Source: Azolla caroliniana
Lineage: Eukaryota > Plantae > Polypodiophyta
Direction: 5' to 3'
DNA: 64,000 nt
Assembly: GCA_043228905.1 (NCBI GenBank)
Contig: JBHGNT010000015.1
Coordinates: 19,840,001-19,904,000, forward strand
Notes under the pieces: model-generated
The model's input: only the letters and a program-made list of their open reading frames with translations
What the model was told of the DNA's origin: nothing
Databases searched by the model: none
Program-made: the position numbers and the translations under genes
Part shown: in pieces, positions 1 to 13,299 of the stretch
Numbering within the stretch: the stretch's first letter is position 1
How the letters are laid out: each line of letters opens with the position of its first letter

Positions 1-3000
1 TGGAAACTTTGAAAAGAAGAATTCAAGTATTACCTCCTGTTCTGCGCACAATTGGTATGGTTCCGTAGCGCATTGCAGTCAACTGTGTAAGTCCACATGG
101 TTCGAACATCGACGGTATTAATATGAAATCAGCACCAGCGTATATCTATTCACAAGGCCCAAGCTTGAAAGTCAATAATGCATTTTCTACCAGAAACCTA
201 ACTAATCTTCTGACTTAATCAGATTATCAGTATACTATTAAGTTAAAGATGCGACTCTTTTAAAAAAATAGTGCCATCAGTGGGATCGGATGATTGCAAC
301 TTTTGATGAATTTCTTATATAAAATTCCTTGTACCAAGTGAGACAAAGGTTCATCATAGTGCAAGCACAAGCTAGCCATTTCGCCTTTAGAATTATGAAG
401 TTCTGTAGCTAAGTTGTTGAAATCATTCTGTATTCGTGGATCTGGGGCAGAACCAAGTAAAACCACCTAAAATATGTGGGAGATACCAATAAGTAACCAT
501 ATATACGAAATTATCAAGATATTAATAAAGTAAGCATTTATTAAAAGCATCTATATTGTAATAGATAGCCAAAACAAACTTTGCAGAGCCCAAAAATAAA
601 TAGTCTACAAAACTTGACCTTTTTGTATGCATACATATATCCTCATAAGGTTATCTAGACACAATAGACTATGCTAATCTTTTCTATAGAAGAGAACTCA
701 GAGGCTTTATGCAATAATTCTAAAGCATTTGCTTTTAATTGAGAAATAATTGACTACTGAAGTAAAACTTCTAGTGGGTTCAACAAAACATACAAGAGGA
801 GAATATCTGCATAATGTCAATGATTATTTCAAACCCTGAAGTAATGCCTCTGATATATTACTATTACAGTCGTCCCAAGATTATTTCAATCTTGGATAAC
901 TTCTTAGCACAATATACTGAACCAATCTTGAGTTTAGTATCAAACACATGTATTGAGTCTTGACTCTTGACATTCACATATGATTCTGCTGATTAATCTA
1001 TGATTGAGTATAGCCAGCATGAGACAATTTCAGGGGATATTTGTGTTTTCTATCTGGTATCTTAAATTATTTTTGGAAACATAGGGTGAACAACATGGGT
1101 ATATATAATAATTATGTATCGCAACCTCAATACAGAGGACATAACCCAAAAGTGGCACAGGAACAGCAACGGAGGTGCAAAAGAAGAGAAGTATCATCAG
1201 TATTCTTCAATAAAGGGTTCAAAAAGTAGCATCAGTATTCAACAAATTTAGTTCATGCAGAAAAGGCTAAAATGACCGCCCCAACAATTAGCTCACTACT
1301 TATTTTGGTAGGAAATTTAAGGTTTATCCTAGATATCCTATGAAGATAGAGTGCTTAGCGTTGTTGATAAGAAGCTAAATGTCAAATTGGAATAAGAAAC
1401 TGGATATCAGCTAATAGAACTCACGTTCAAAAGTCACACAGACATTGTTAATATTCCTCATACATCAGACAGACTTTTGCGATTTTCTAGAGGGAAACTA
1501 TAATGCTAAAAATTGCCATTGAGTTTCCTGGGCAGATTATAAGTGATTTCAAGAGACGATTCACTAGTATACACACCTGCCCACCTCGTTCCAGGGTTTT
1601 CCATATTGCATGCTTAATGAGATGAATTCCCTTTTGCGCAGTTAAACGAGTGACAATTCCCACAAGAGGTCGATCAATCTTTGCTAATCCTAGTCTTGAT
1701 TGCAGCTCTTCCTTTGCTGCCCTTTTGCCTTCTGACACATTTTCTGAAGTGTACAAGAACTGCCATACAATATTTAAGTGTTAATATACAAATGATCGCC
1801 TACATTTTATTCTTTTCACACCACAATCCTTCTTTTATGAGATAAAATACAAGAAGAATGTAATTACTGGGATAAATGGATCATTATATGGGTCCCAAAT
1901 GTCAAGATCTATGCCATTCCTGATGCCATGAAACTTGTGGAGGTGCGCAGAAATTGCAGGAGTTCCAGAAACTTCGCGTGCATATGTCTCAGAAACCTAA
2001 TCATTGTACATTGATTGAGCTAATATTTAAGCTGGCACATAGATAGAATTAAAGATAACACTCACAGTGGTCGCTTTGTTAGCGAAAGCCATGGCTTTGC
2101 CAATTAAAGCTGTTCCAAATTCAAGATTATGAATTGTAAAGATGATGCGGGCATTTGCTAAACATGTTTGCTTATAATTTTCATGGAATAACCATGCCAC
2201 AGGCGCACTAGACCAATCATGACAATGAATAATGTCCTGCAAAGAAATTTTTATCATCTGATGAAACATGTCAAACAAATAAAACTGAAAATAACCTAGA
2301 CAGACCCATTTATGTAGATATATTTTGGATTAGAATTTCATAACCACATACAGGCGTCTGTCCAGAGTGCATCAAGAATTCCAGGGCAGCACGGCAGAAA
2401 AAATCAAATCGTTGGCCATCATCGCGGCGACCATAAACACAACCAGCCCAAAACATTCTGCATCCAATATCAACACGAGAAGTTATAGTTACAGTATGCA
2501 TATGCATCATGAAACCATATTTGATCATCATCATGACCTGTTCGCAACAACATGGAAAATGATCGCTATCCCTTTAATGATAGATTAACAACCCAAGACC
2601 AGAGGTTGCAATCCTTCAGTCTTTTTAACATAGTCCCATAAATGAACATACAAAGTTATATAGTAAGTTATATTGATATAATATATGTGACTATAATTAC
2701 TATATAGTATATGTAAAAGGATTTGTTTATCTAATATTATAGAACATGAGGAAAAAACCAAAAGTATCCCTAAAGAAATTTTGGGTATTGTGACCAGACT
2801 ACCCCTCTGTCATAGTAAAGAATTAAAGACAATGGGAAATTCTGGAAAATATCCAAAGATATGGGGTGTTTTAGTGTTTTCCCAATTTGATAACTATAAT
2901 AGCAAAATAGAAGCTTCAGGAAATTTGTGCTTCAATAAAACCCCAAACTTAGAACATTCTAAGCACGTGCAATATCGCCAGATTGTGCCAGAGCAATATA

Positions 3001-6000
3001 GTAACTTGCAGTAGATGATGTCTATGACATAAGATGGCAAATGGATCCTAAAGCAGTTTAAATGTTGTCTCCTGATTAGAAACCAAAGGTGATGAGTATC
3101 ATTATGACAATTTTACTTGCAATACTTTAAAAAGCTAACTAACCCATTATCTGGTTCAAGAAAGTGAACTAGTAAACCTTCAACAGTCCCACTCCATACT
3201 TTAACTCTAGTACCTCCCGAAACAAAATCTGACTTCTCTTGAAGATCTTTGATCTGATCTTTGCAAAAAGAAATCCACACATAAAATGTTTAATAGAATT
3301 TCATTTTAGTTTCCCAATAACCAACCTTAATATGCATGACTTACATAGTCATATTTAAGACAGTCGTACTTTGGTAAGACTACTTCCACGTTATGCCCTA
3401 GTTCTTGAATAGCTCGTGAGAGACTTGTCACTACATCTCCAAGGCCTCCTACCTGCATTTCAGGTTTAGAAAGTGTGAAATATCAATATACTTTCAGAAA
3501 CTAAGATTGCAAGAATGAAAATTTCACCAGCCACAAACATATTTAGAACCATAGAGAAAATAGGCATGTTCTCATTTCAGAAACAAATGATAATCAATAG
3601 AATTAGGAGCAATTCCAAAGTTAACCTTGATTTTTTGCTATGCTGCCTTCCCATACATGCCTACATGATTACATTCTACCAGCTAAACCATTCCAGTAGT
3701 TCACAAGTATTGAAAATGATGAAGTATCAGTCTACACAGCACTTACCTAAAGCATTCCCTGGCACACTTGAGAGATGGTAATTTGAAGGAAACAATACAA
3801 TACCTTAGCAATTGGTGCCATCTCTACTGAAATATGCACAATCTTCATGGGAGGCTCTTTAACAAACCCACCAACAACAGGGACATGGTAATCCATACCA
3901 TGGTTGTTATCAAAGGCACCCCCAGAATCATCGCCTCTTTCAGAAACCACAAAATCCATCATATATGCATCCAATGGAACCCTGACTACGAAAACATGCA
4001 GAGTTTACTTTCATTGTCGATTTATTTACCGGTGTTTGTATTAGTAGCTCATAAAGGCTTTCTTAGAAGTCTAGAATTAGCAACAAATCAAATCTCCAAA
4101 GAAATCTTACCTGTACACTTGAGGAAATTTGCACCTTCAGAACTCAACATTTTAACTGGCGGAAGGCACCCCAACTTGTGTGTCCAGCGATTGAACGACG
4201 CACGTAACCATATTTCAGGTTTCCCATTCAAAACTGTGTTGGATGGGTTGTAATAGATTGTTACATTTTTTCCAGCTTCTACGTCCACTGGGTCCGTGTA
4301 AAATATATGTGCTTGTGATTTCAGTATATTGTTCGTTGTCTTAGTCTTAAAAGCTGCTTTGATTTCTGCAGTACGTTTTGCCTACACAATAAAAAAGTTC
4401 AATTCTTGGACTCTTTTTTACATGTCAAATACATAATGTCTTCTAGGAAATGTTCAATGCCCTGGTTATCTATATAATTGTATATCAACTTGGATCTCTT
4501 CAAAACATTAACTCACCTTCTTTCGAGCAGCCTCTTCCTTCATTTCTCTCTCATCGTGAAGTTTTTTATATATTTGTTCCTCCAATTCTTTCCAGTAAAA
4601 ATCATTGGGAACATTCTTTGGTACCACGGCATGGAAGTCTTGATATGCATTATTGTCATACAATGTTGCTCGCTCAGGCGGCCCATCAGCAAGCACCCAG
4701 TTGAGAAGGTATGCATGTTCGGGTACTTGAACTTCATCACAAAGAATTCTACAGTGTTAGCTACGTAAGATGAGCCTATATGTGAACAAAATAATGTTCC
4801 CCTACTGAAGGCCAATAAAAACAAAGAACTAACTACAGCATGAATTAGCAATGGGCCCGGTTTCGGCTCAAACCGAACTGAACTGTTAAACCGTGCATTA
4901 ATGGTCTATTGGTTCAAAGATAAATAAACAGTTTGGTTTGGTTTCAAATGTTACTATTCGGTTTGGTTCGGTTTTGAATTTCATGACTTAGCAGTTTAGC
5001 GGTTTCTGTTTATGTGTTTCGGTTTAAAGGTTTATAGGTTAAAAAATACTCCTAAATTTTCTGTATAGGCTCTAGTTTTAACCTATTAAATTGTACATGA
5101 ATTATATGCAGAGTCCCCTTTTCATTTATGATGATCAGATTTATGATAAGTATGATGACCAAATTTAGGATAAGTATGATGACCAGATTTATGATAAGTA
5201 TGATGACCAAATTTATGATAAGTATGATGACCAGATTTAGGATAAGCATGATGACCAGATTTATGATAAGTATGATGACCAGATTTATGATAAGTATGAT
5301 GACCAAATTTATGATAAGTATGATGACCAAATTTATGATGATTTTCTCACACAAATTTATAATAAGTTGATGATCAATATTTGTCAAAAATGGTTTGTTT
5401 TGGTTTGGTTTTATTTTATGATAAACTGGTTTTGGCTTGGTTCTAAATTTTCCGTAAATGGTTTGGTTTAAATGGTTTGGTTTCTCCTATTTTTTAAACG
5501 GTTCGGTTTAAATGGCTTCATAAATTTTAAACAATTTGGTTCAGTTTTTATTATGAATAAATGGTTTGGTTTGGTTTCAAGGCTAAGAAACCAAACCAAA
5601 CCGGGCCCATCACTAGCATGAATGTATCATTTTTACTAGATACTATTGTGGTTCAAAGGATCAGAAGATGTTTCATAAAGTTTAAGCATGATTGTGTCTT
5701 CCTTGAATAAAATAAGAATGTAAATCGTAACCAAAATTCCATTTCTGTAAGCATGGACAATATGCATAGACAATTTAAACTATACAAAAGTCAACAAATA
5801 GTGAATGACTTTAAATGAAAAGAAAGTTTTGAACATGAAATATACCATCTATTGTCCACCAGTCACCATTATCTTCACTATGCAAATTAAGCTGTCCTAC
5901 AGTTGATACCATGTCTTGCCAGTTATTATATCCACCATGTATCCATATTTCTGTACTAGATGCTAGAGCTCGATTTGAGCGGTTATAGAATAGCTTCACT

Positions 6001-9000
6001 TTGTCTCCTCCTTGGAACTCTGAGGGCTGAAAGTGCCACAATCCATCCACATTTCTAACTGCCTTCTGCAGAATAAGACTCATTTTCTCACGCCGCTCAT
6101 TAACCTGCTTTCTTGCTTCATCTCTGTCAGCCTCCTCTGTGGCCTTTTTTGCCATCAATCTCTGTTGCTCTACTGCTCGCTGCTCTTCTTGTGCCCTTTC
6201 GGCAGCAATTCTTTCTATTTCCTTGCATTTTTCCTCTATCAAAAAATCTTCGAATTCATCTTTGTTCATACCATCCTCCACTGAGAGACTGAAATCTTTG
6301 TTAGAGTTATTTTCATATATGTCACTTCCATTGTGGAAAACAAAGTCAATCTTAAATGCCTCTCTAGGAATGTCTAGTTTACAAGACCACCAATCCTCAG
6401 ACAGTGCTATTTTCTCCAATTCCACCTGAAAATGTTTCCATCTCCAATCATTATAAGCTCCTGAAATTATTACACTTGGTTGTTCTGCCAGAGTACTTGC
6501 TGAACGATTCAGAAATACTTCAACTCCACTTCCTGCCTTCAGGATCTCTGGGAAACAAAATATTTTTCCACCATCATTTTGCGTTTTCTCTGCCAATGCC
6601 TTAACCTGCAGCCTATATTTTTCAGCATCAACGTGCAGACCAACTTCTATCCTGGAGAGCTTTTCAGTTTCTGTTACAGTCTCTGGAAGAGAGTCTTGTT
6701 GCTCCTCGGTCATATCAGAGATAATCACATCTCCAATTACGTTAATACTTTCTTCGACAATTTGCATGCTTTTAGGCTCTTTAAGCACAACTTCCAATGC
6801 ATCTGCATATACGGAGGTTGATTCCAAATCAGGAAGTCCTGTGTATACACTTCCTTCTTTCCGGTTGCCACCACCATCATCAAAATCTCGACCAACAAAA
6901 GGTGCTTTCTTCAGATATACATCATCTGCAAAATTTTCATCGTTATGATATTCTTTACCTTCCAAGGATGTCTTATCTACTGATGTATGAACCACATGTT
7001 GTTCTGAGTCCTCTTGACCTACTATAGTTGTAGAGCTAATATCTTTGGAAACTGGTTCTTTGTTGTGTTCCTGAATATCTGCCGTTATACCATCCCTTGG
7101 CCGTGACTTTCCGAATCCTTTTGAGCCCCCCACCTTTGCTTTTTTCTCACCTGCTTTCCTCCCTCTGGAATTCATACCTACAACTGCAACATATAAACTC
7201 GTTTATTTTTCAATGTAATGACAGTTCTATTGATCCCTCCTTACATTTCATACCTTTAATACATTTCAAAATGTAATGATTGTCAGCATGCTACATATTA
7301 TAGATCACACTAATGATGACCAAAAGAATAAGAGATTAAGGGTGTTTAACCACAACGACCACCCCCGAGCGAAGGACATGAGACAAACATAAAATAGCAT
7401 CGGTGTCCCATACCACCAAATATTACCTTATGTTATACCTTGGTTGTTTAAATAACAGATCTGAAGAGAGCTTAGCTTCACTGATAGAGTCTCGATAGCA
7501 TTTCAGTTGCCATAATGAAGGGGGTAGTTAGTCCCATTTATATAGCTTCACATCTAACACTCCGAGATCACCACATGTTCTCACCTGTCATGGGTCCTTA
7601 TGTGTTTGTCCCAACTCCTAGGGATAACGGTTCCCGACTATCTTACCCTTGAGCCATTAAAGCTAGCTAAGGAATTTTTCTGTAAGGTTATGCCTACAAC
7701 ATACTCCCTATTTCCAAAACATTGCACTCTCGCAGTGACAAATCAAAATCAGGGAATTTATATTTAAGAATGTGCTCTTTCTCCCAAGTTGCATCACATA
7801 CAATTCGATCCAACCATTTAATTTTGAATTCTCGGATTCAAATGTTTCGTTCAAGAATTGAGAATTTATTCTAGCAAATGAGGTTTAGAACATACAACAT
7901 CATGAGTTACCAGATCTTTTAGGGTTACTATGATGTTGTCAAAACCCATAAGTTCTTTGAGGCGACTAATCGGTAAAACAAGATGAACATCAACACCATC
8001 AAGAAGATCAAGACAATAGGTAGATCAACATATACGCTATAGGACTGTGAAAGGTTCACACTTACCCATAGATAAAGTTTTAGGATTAGGAGGTACATGC
8101 AAGAAGACTTTTTGCCATGGATAAGAGCATGAGGATGTCTATTATGATCGACATAAAAATGTGCTCTACCTTGAGTAGACTTAATGTTATCTTGTGCAAT
8201 ATGCAACATTTCATGCATATCCCTAAGAAAGTTTCTGTGTACTCTCCAATTCATCTTGAGGAACATTCACATCAATAGCGGCTCATGGCTAAAACCATAT
8301 ATCAACATAAAAGGACTATGTCCAGTTTTATGTTTAGAGTTGTTATAAGCAAACCTTAATAAGGGGAGGTATTGTTCCCATTTGGTAGGCTTATTGGCCA
8401 CATAGGCTCGAAGCATATTTTCAATAATTTGATTGACTCATTCAGTTTGACCATTGGAACTCCAGCTCAAAGTCGTTTTCCAACTTTTTAAAGATCCGAG
8501 TCCAAAAATCACAAGTAAACTTAGAATCTCTAACACTGATAGCATCTATTGGCTACCCGTAAAATCAAAATAACACATCAATAAATTGGTAGTTTTCAAT
8601 GTTTAAAAGACCTGAGTCCAAAAATAGCTAGCAAACTTAGAATCTCTATCATTGACTAGATCCATTGGTAATCTATAAAAATCAGAATAACTCGTCAACA
8701 AATTAGTAAGCCAATTCATAAGCTATTACCATGGGTTTGGTTGGTGTAAAATTGGTTAACTTTGTTAGTCCATCCACCACAACCCACATAGAATTGTGAC
8801 TTCTTTGTGTTTGAGGCAAGCTAACAACTAAATCCATAAATTTACTTTCCCATTTATTATTAGGAATATCTAGGGGATGTAGAAGACTTGTAACTTTACG
8901 CCAGTCAGCCTCATTCACTTGACATTACAACCATTTGATCACATAATTTTACACGTCATGGCAATAGATTGGTAGAGATTAGAACAAGTATTTGAAGTAT

Positions 9001-11376
9001 TCAGTACCATGACACTCAGAAAAAAACATTGCCTAACGGCGATTTGGAACACACCTTCCCGTTACAGTAAATGCAAACCTTTAGAAATGTGAAAGATCGA
9101 CTTCAAGGGTATGGTGATTTTAATGGCAGCTGTACGAGATTCAGCTTTGATGCCAAATATTACATATTACACTAATGATGAGTAAAACAATAGAATAATA
9201 AAGAGAAAAATGGATTAAGGGTGCTTAACCACACTGACCACCCAGAGCAAAAGACATGAGACAAACATAAAATACCATCAGTGTCCTATACAACCGAATA
9301 TTACATTATGTTATACCTTGGTTGTTTAAATAACAGATCCAAAGAAGAGATCTTAGCCCCACCAATAGAGTCTCAACAGTGTCTCAAGTTGTGGTAATGA
9401 AGGGGGTAGATAGTTCCATTATATAGCTCAACATCTAAGGCTCCTAGATCACCATGTGTTCCCACGTGTCATAGGTCATTATGGGTTTGTCCCAATTCCT
9501 AGGATAACCAATTTCCTGACTATCATACCCTTAACAAATTAAAATTAGTTGTAGAATCGGCCTATAAGGTTATGCCTATAACACAACACCATGCCACTAA
9601 AATCATCTTTTGGTGATAATAATATAAGTTAAACTATGTACAAAAAAAATTGGTAAGGAGTCCAATCTAGCATTGTTGTGGGTAAAGCAATAACTATTGT
9701 AGGATGCATAGCATATATCCCCATATCATTACATGATTCCACAAATGAACCACTCTCCACAACCTTTATTGGCATCAATTCACCATATTTAGCTCATACT
9801 TTTGTTGCAACTTCTGCATTCTCTTCAAAGTGAATTAAATGTTTACTACCAGACAAAACAACACTAGTATGCCCTAATAAATGTTGATTCTGAGATAGAT
9901 TCGAATGCTCTTGCTAAAATAGAATTCTAAAATATGTATATGGAAATATGAGCAATAACAATCAGGAGATAGATCCTGCAGAAACCATAAATATTTAACA
10001 TGATTATTATTATTACAGGGAGAATATGTCAACACAAACGACCCTATAGATACATCCATAGATCTGAAAGAAACCAGTATTGTGCCAAAAACAACATTTA
10101 TATTACACATCATGATATTATCTCACTGATTGAGAGAAGTATAATTCTTATCGTTATGAACTTCCACCCTGTTAAACATTTTGGATAAGCCAATATAAAG
10201 ATATTATATTACCTGGTATACACGGGCAATGGCATGTCATCTCACATTTTCTCCATGAAAACTGCATAAAAAGCCCACTAAATTAAAATCATCATACCAC
10301 ATTTTACAAAATTGATTTGTTTGAGAATGTGGAAGTAACTCTATATTGTTCCATATCCTAGTTTTGAGATGGCGTATGTGAAATTGGGTTTCATAAAAAA
10401 ATAGAGTCCCGGATGTTTTGCATATACTTTTTTTTTTACAATGTATAATATCACACATATATTGTTTTTTAATGAGAATCTTCAAGATTTTTCGAAGGAA
10501 TCAAACCACGTATTCCAATGATAATGCTCTCAAATGCTAGCTCTCACTCCCTCTCACACATACAATGCCAGCTCCCATGGGTCATGTTGACCCCCATGGA
10601 TCTAATACATCATCAACATCCATCAATGATAATGTTTTTGAGTGGTAACTATCTCCAATGATAGTGCTTTAAAGTGGTAACGCTCTTAAAGCTCTCGAGG
10701 ATGATTTTTTAAGTGGCACCAATGATAGCACTATTAAAATGGTACTCTCTCATGAGAATGCCTTTCTAAGTGTTATCTACCATCAAAGATTATAGTGCAT
10801 TCAGTTATATCTATCTCTCTAATGATAATGTGTTTTTTTAAGTGGTATCCACTATCCATCCCCAACGATGGTGCTTTTGAATGATATTTCTCTACAGTGA
10901 CAATGCTTGTTTAAGTGATATCTAACTCTCTAATGAAAATGTTTTCAATTGTACCTATCTCTCTAGTTAGAACGTTTTTGTAAGAGCTATCTACCATGCA
11001 TCAAAATTGGCAATTCTTTCAATTATAGATTTATTTCTAATTAGGATGCTTTTTGAGGTGGCATTTATCATCGACTGATAATGCTTTTAAATGGTATTTC
11101 TCTCTATAGATAATGCTTTCAATTGTCTATCTATGGCTTTTGAAGTAGTTATCTATCACCAAATCTTAACGTTTTTTAATGGTAGTTCTTTACACAGTGA
11201 TCATGCTCTCTTTTTTCCAATGCAAAATCTACAATTAAATATTAGAGATCAAAAAAGAGTAATCAGTAAAGAAGCTTGACAGTGGGCAATTTATAAAAAA
11301 AAAGACTACTCACCGCGTTGTGATAAGGAGAAGAAGTGTAGGCAGGGAAGAAGGAAAGGGATGAAGAGGTGGCCAT
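1..11376 (-). CDS. SS3: Soluble starch synthase III (GT5 catalytic domain plus N-terminal CBM53/25 starch-binding repeats), multi-exon, 3' end outside the window
   Basis: Spliced exons give SS3 motifs: [23 protein letters not shown] and WIHGGYNNW (exon ~5846-7177), [19 protein letters not shown] (~4517-4731), [16 protein letters not shown] (~4111-4381), [12 protein letters not shown]|[94 protein letters not shown]. Putative 5' exons 11314-11376 ([21 protein letters not shown], transit-peptide-like) and 10213-10261 join in phase with the 7177 acceptor; these two exons are less certain. Confidence 0.95.
4846..5615. mobile_element. Non-autonomous hAT-type MITE, family A copy 1 (in SS3 intron)
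   Basis: Termini TAGCAATGGGCCCGGTTT...AAACCGGGCCCATCACTA, perfect 8-bp TSD GCATGAAT (4838-4845 and 5616-5623), subterminal GGTTT/AAACC repeats. Confidence 0.9.
5128..5340. repeat. 24-bp minisatellite (~9 copies of ATGATGACCAGATTTATGATAAGT) inside MITE copy 1
   Basis: Directly visible tandem units; they generate the spurious repetitive ORFs 5052..5387 and 5128..5370. Confidence 0.9.
7296..9583 (-). mobile_element. Internally deleted Ty3/Gypsy chromovirus-type LTR retrotransposon in SS3 intron
   Basis: Two homologous ~410-425-bp LTRs (7296-7701, 9158-9583). TSD CTACA/CAACA (4/5). tRNA-iMet-like PBS TGGCATCAAAGC next to the 9158 LTR and purine-rich PPT at ~7702-7715. Degenerate integrase ([42 protein letters not shown], 8703-8918) and chromodomain-like DATWE (~7780-7795). 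Confidence 0.88.
10625..11200. repeat. Degenerate ~30-40-bp tandem repeat in SS3 intron 1
   Basis: Recurrent ATGATAATGCTTTT-AAGTGGTA-TCTATCTCTCT-like units. Confidence 0.6.
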
Positions 11377-11753
11377 TGGGAAGAAGAAGCTCTGTTTTTG
11401 TTTTTTTTTTTTTTTTTTCTGGCTGAATAATCTAAGATGGAGTCTTCCTCTTCATTGAAGAACAGAGCAAGTGCATAGGCATAGGAAGGGACTGTGAGAC
11501 ACAGAGAGAGAGAGAGAGAGAGAGACTGTGAGACAGAGAGAGAAAGAGATGATTTTGAGTGAGAGAGATTGAGAGAGGGCCCACTTCACCCAAAAGAAGA
11601 AGGAAGGAAGGAAGGGGGGGTTTAGCCCCTTCTTTGTGCATTGGCGGGTTTCGAACTCATGACCTATTGGGTTCCCTTTCTTCGGAACAAAAGCCTTAAT
11701 TAAATCGGCAAAGCATTCTGTAGGTATATAATCTAATGTGCACTTTCCGCATA

Positions 11754-11825
11754 TTATCCTACAGGACTTGAACCTGTGACCTTCAATTTAGAAGGTTGTC
11801 ATTCTAGACAATGATTACATTCCAA
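11754..11825 (-). pseudogene. Degenerate tRNA-Arg(UCU), probably organellar (mitochondrial-like)
   Basis: Minus strand reads ACAAC-CTTCTAA-ATTGA (anticodon arm, TCT) then AGGTC, ACAGG-TTCAAGT-CCTGT (perfect T arm), AGGAT. The D arm and 5' acceptor stem are decayed. Confidence 0.55.
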
Positions 11826-11985
11826 TACTCTATCCATTTCCTAATGGATGAAGACATGACTTAGTAGAGGATGAGTATCACTTGCTTTTTCGTGAAAGCT
11901 ATGATGATATATTAACAGGGGGACATGATGACTTGAGTCTCGTACTAAAGAGAACATTGTAGAAGGTTGAGCTCTTGTGTGTGTA

Positions 11986-12861
11986 TAGCAATGGGCCTGG
12001 TTTGGGCTCCAAACCGAACCATTAAGCCATGGTTTAAAGGTTTATGAGTTCCAAAAATAATTAAATGGTTTTGGTTTGGTTTAAAATATAGGAAAAGTAC
12101 CAGGACACCCTTGGAAGTTCCAAATTTACCAAATTACCCCTATGTCCAAAAAATTACACTTTATAAAGTAATTTATACACTCAAATCTTTGGTAAATAGG
12201 ATTAGTTTGGGTCCATTTCTTCCATCTTGGTAATATGGCTTGTAGATTTGATGTATAATTACTTTATAAAGTGTAATTTTTTGGACATAGGGGTAGTTTG
12301 GTAAATTTGGAACTTCCGGGGGCATTCTGGTAAATAGACGAACTTTCAAGGGTATCCTAGTACTTTTCCCTTTAAATATTAATAAATGGTTCGATGTGGT
12401 TCTAAATTTGGGGTTTATCGGTTTATAGGTTTAAGGGGTTTGGTTTAAAGGTTTATAGGCTTTTGGGCTAACTTTTTTTATCCCTTAAATGTTTATGTAA
12501 TTTAATGGTTTTTATTGATTTAATTCACTTAACTTAAATGTTTATTTAATCTAATGGCTTAATTAATGCTTATTTATTTAATTAATTAATTTAACATAAA
12601 TGCTTATTTAATTTAGTGTATTTCTATTTATTTAATTTTTTAATTAGTTTGGCTTAAATGTGCTTGGGTGTAAACTTTTTATTAAATGGCTCAGTTTGGT
12701 TTTAACTTTTCTCTAAACGGTTTCGGTTTAAATAGTTTGGTTTACTTTTTCTTGAATGATTTGGTTTAATGTCTTGAAAGTTCATAAACGGTTTGGGTTG
12801 GGTTGGTTTTATATAAATGGTTTGGTTTCAAGGCAAAGAAACCGAACCGGGCCCATTGTTA
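11986..12861. mobile_element. hAT-type MITE family A copy 2 (upstream of SS3) with nested insertion
   Basis: TAGCAATGGGCCTGGTTT...AACCGGGCCCATTGTTA, 8-bp TSD TGTGTGTA (11978-11985 and 12862-12869); interior is colinear with copy 3. Confidence 0.9.
12090..12370. mobile_element. Mutator-like MITE nested in hAT MITE copy 2
   Basis: Long terminal inverted repeats (AGGAAAAGTAC...GTACTTTTCCC; CCCCTATGTCCAAAAAATTACACTTTATAAAGTAAT pairs with ATTACTTTATAAAGTGTAATTTTTTGGACATAGGGG), 9-bp TSD TTAAAATAT/TTTAAATAT. The segment is absent from copy 3. Confidence 0.85.
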
Positions 12862-13299
12862 TGTGTGTATAAGAATTGGTGCACACATATTCTTTCTTAG
12901 GAAGCAAACACACATCAAGAAAACTTTTTTGTACTTAAGGTCCCATTGGGTCAGCATTATTGGCCTCTCTCTATGGACGCTAAAAGTATCTATCTATCCT
13001 ATCCTACTCTTGTTCCTGTTATGGTGCTGGTTAGACTTGAGGCGATGAAATTATGTGGATGGTGGTTAAGCATTGCATTTGCCTATTGTGGTTGTTGCCT
13101 CTCGCCCACTATATAAAAACTACCTCCTAAAACTTGCATCGTTTGCGGTCATGATTGGATAGGGGAGACCAATCTTACGTGTGTGCACCTACACACGATA
13201 TGATGTAACAATGCATGTATCGATAAATGCATTCATACTCTGCTAACGAATTAGATAGGAACAAGCTTGTGCACACATTTACTTTAGCGGTGCCTCGTG

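Noticed and set aside
5052-5387. Hydrophobic repetitive ORFs (IINLVIIL / MMTRFMIS)
   Set aside because: Translations of the 24-bp minisatellite inside a MITE.
9850-10065. Possible extra SS3 5' exons
   Set aside because: The splice combinations tried introduce stops; 10213 to 7177 already joins in phase.
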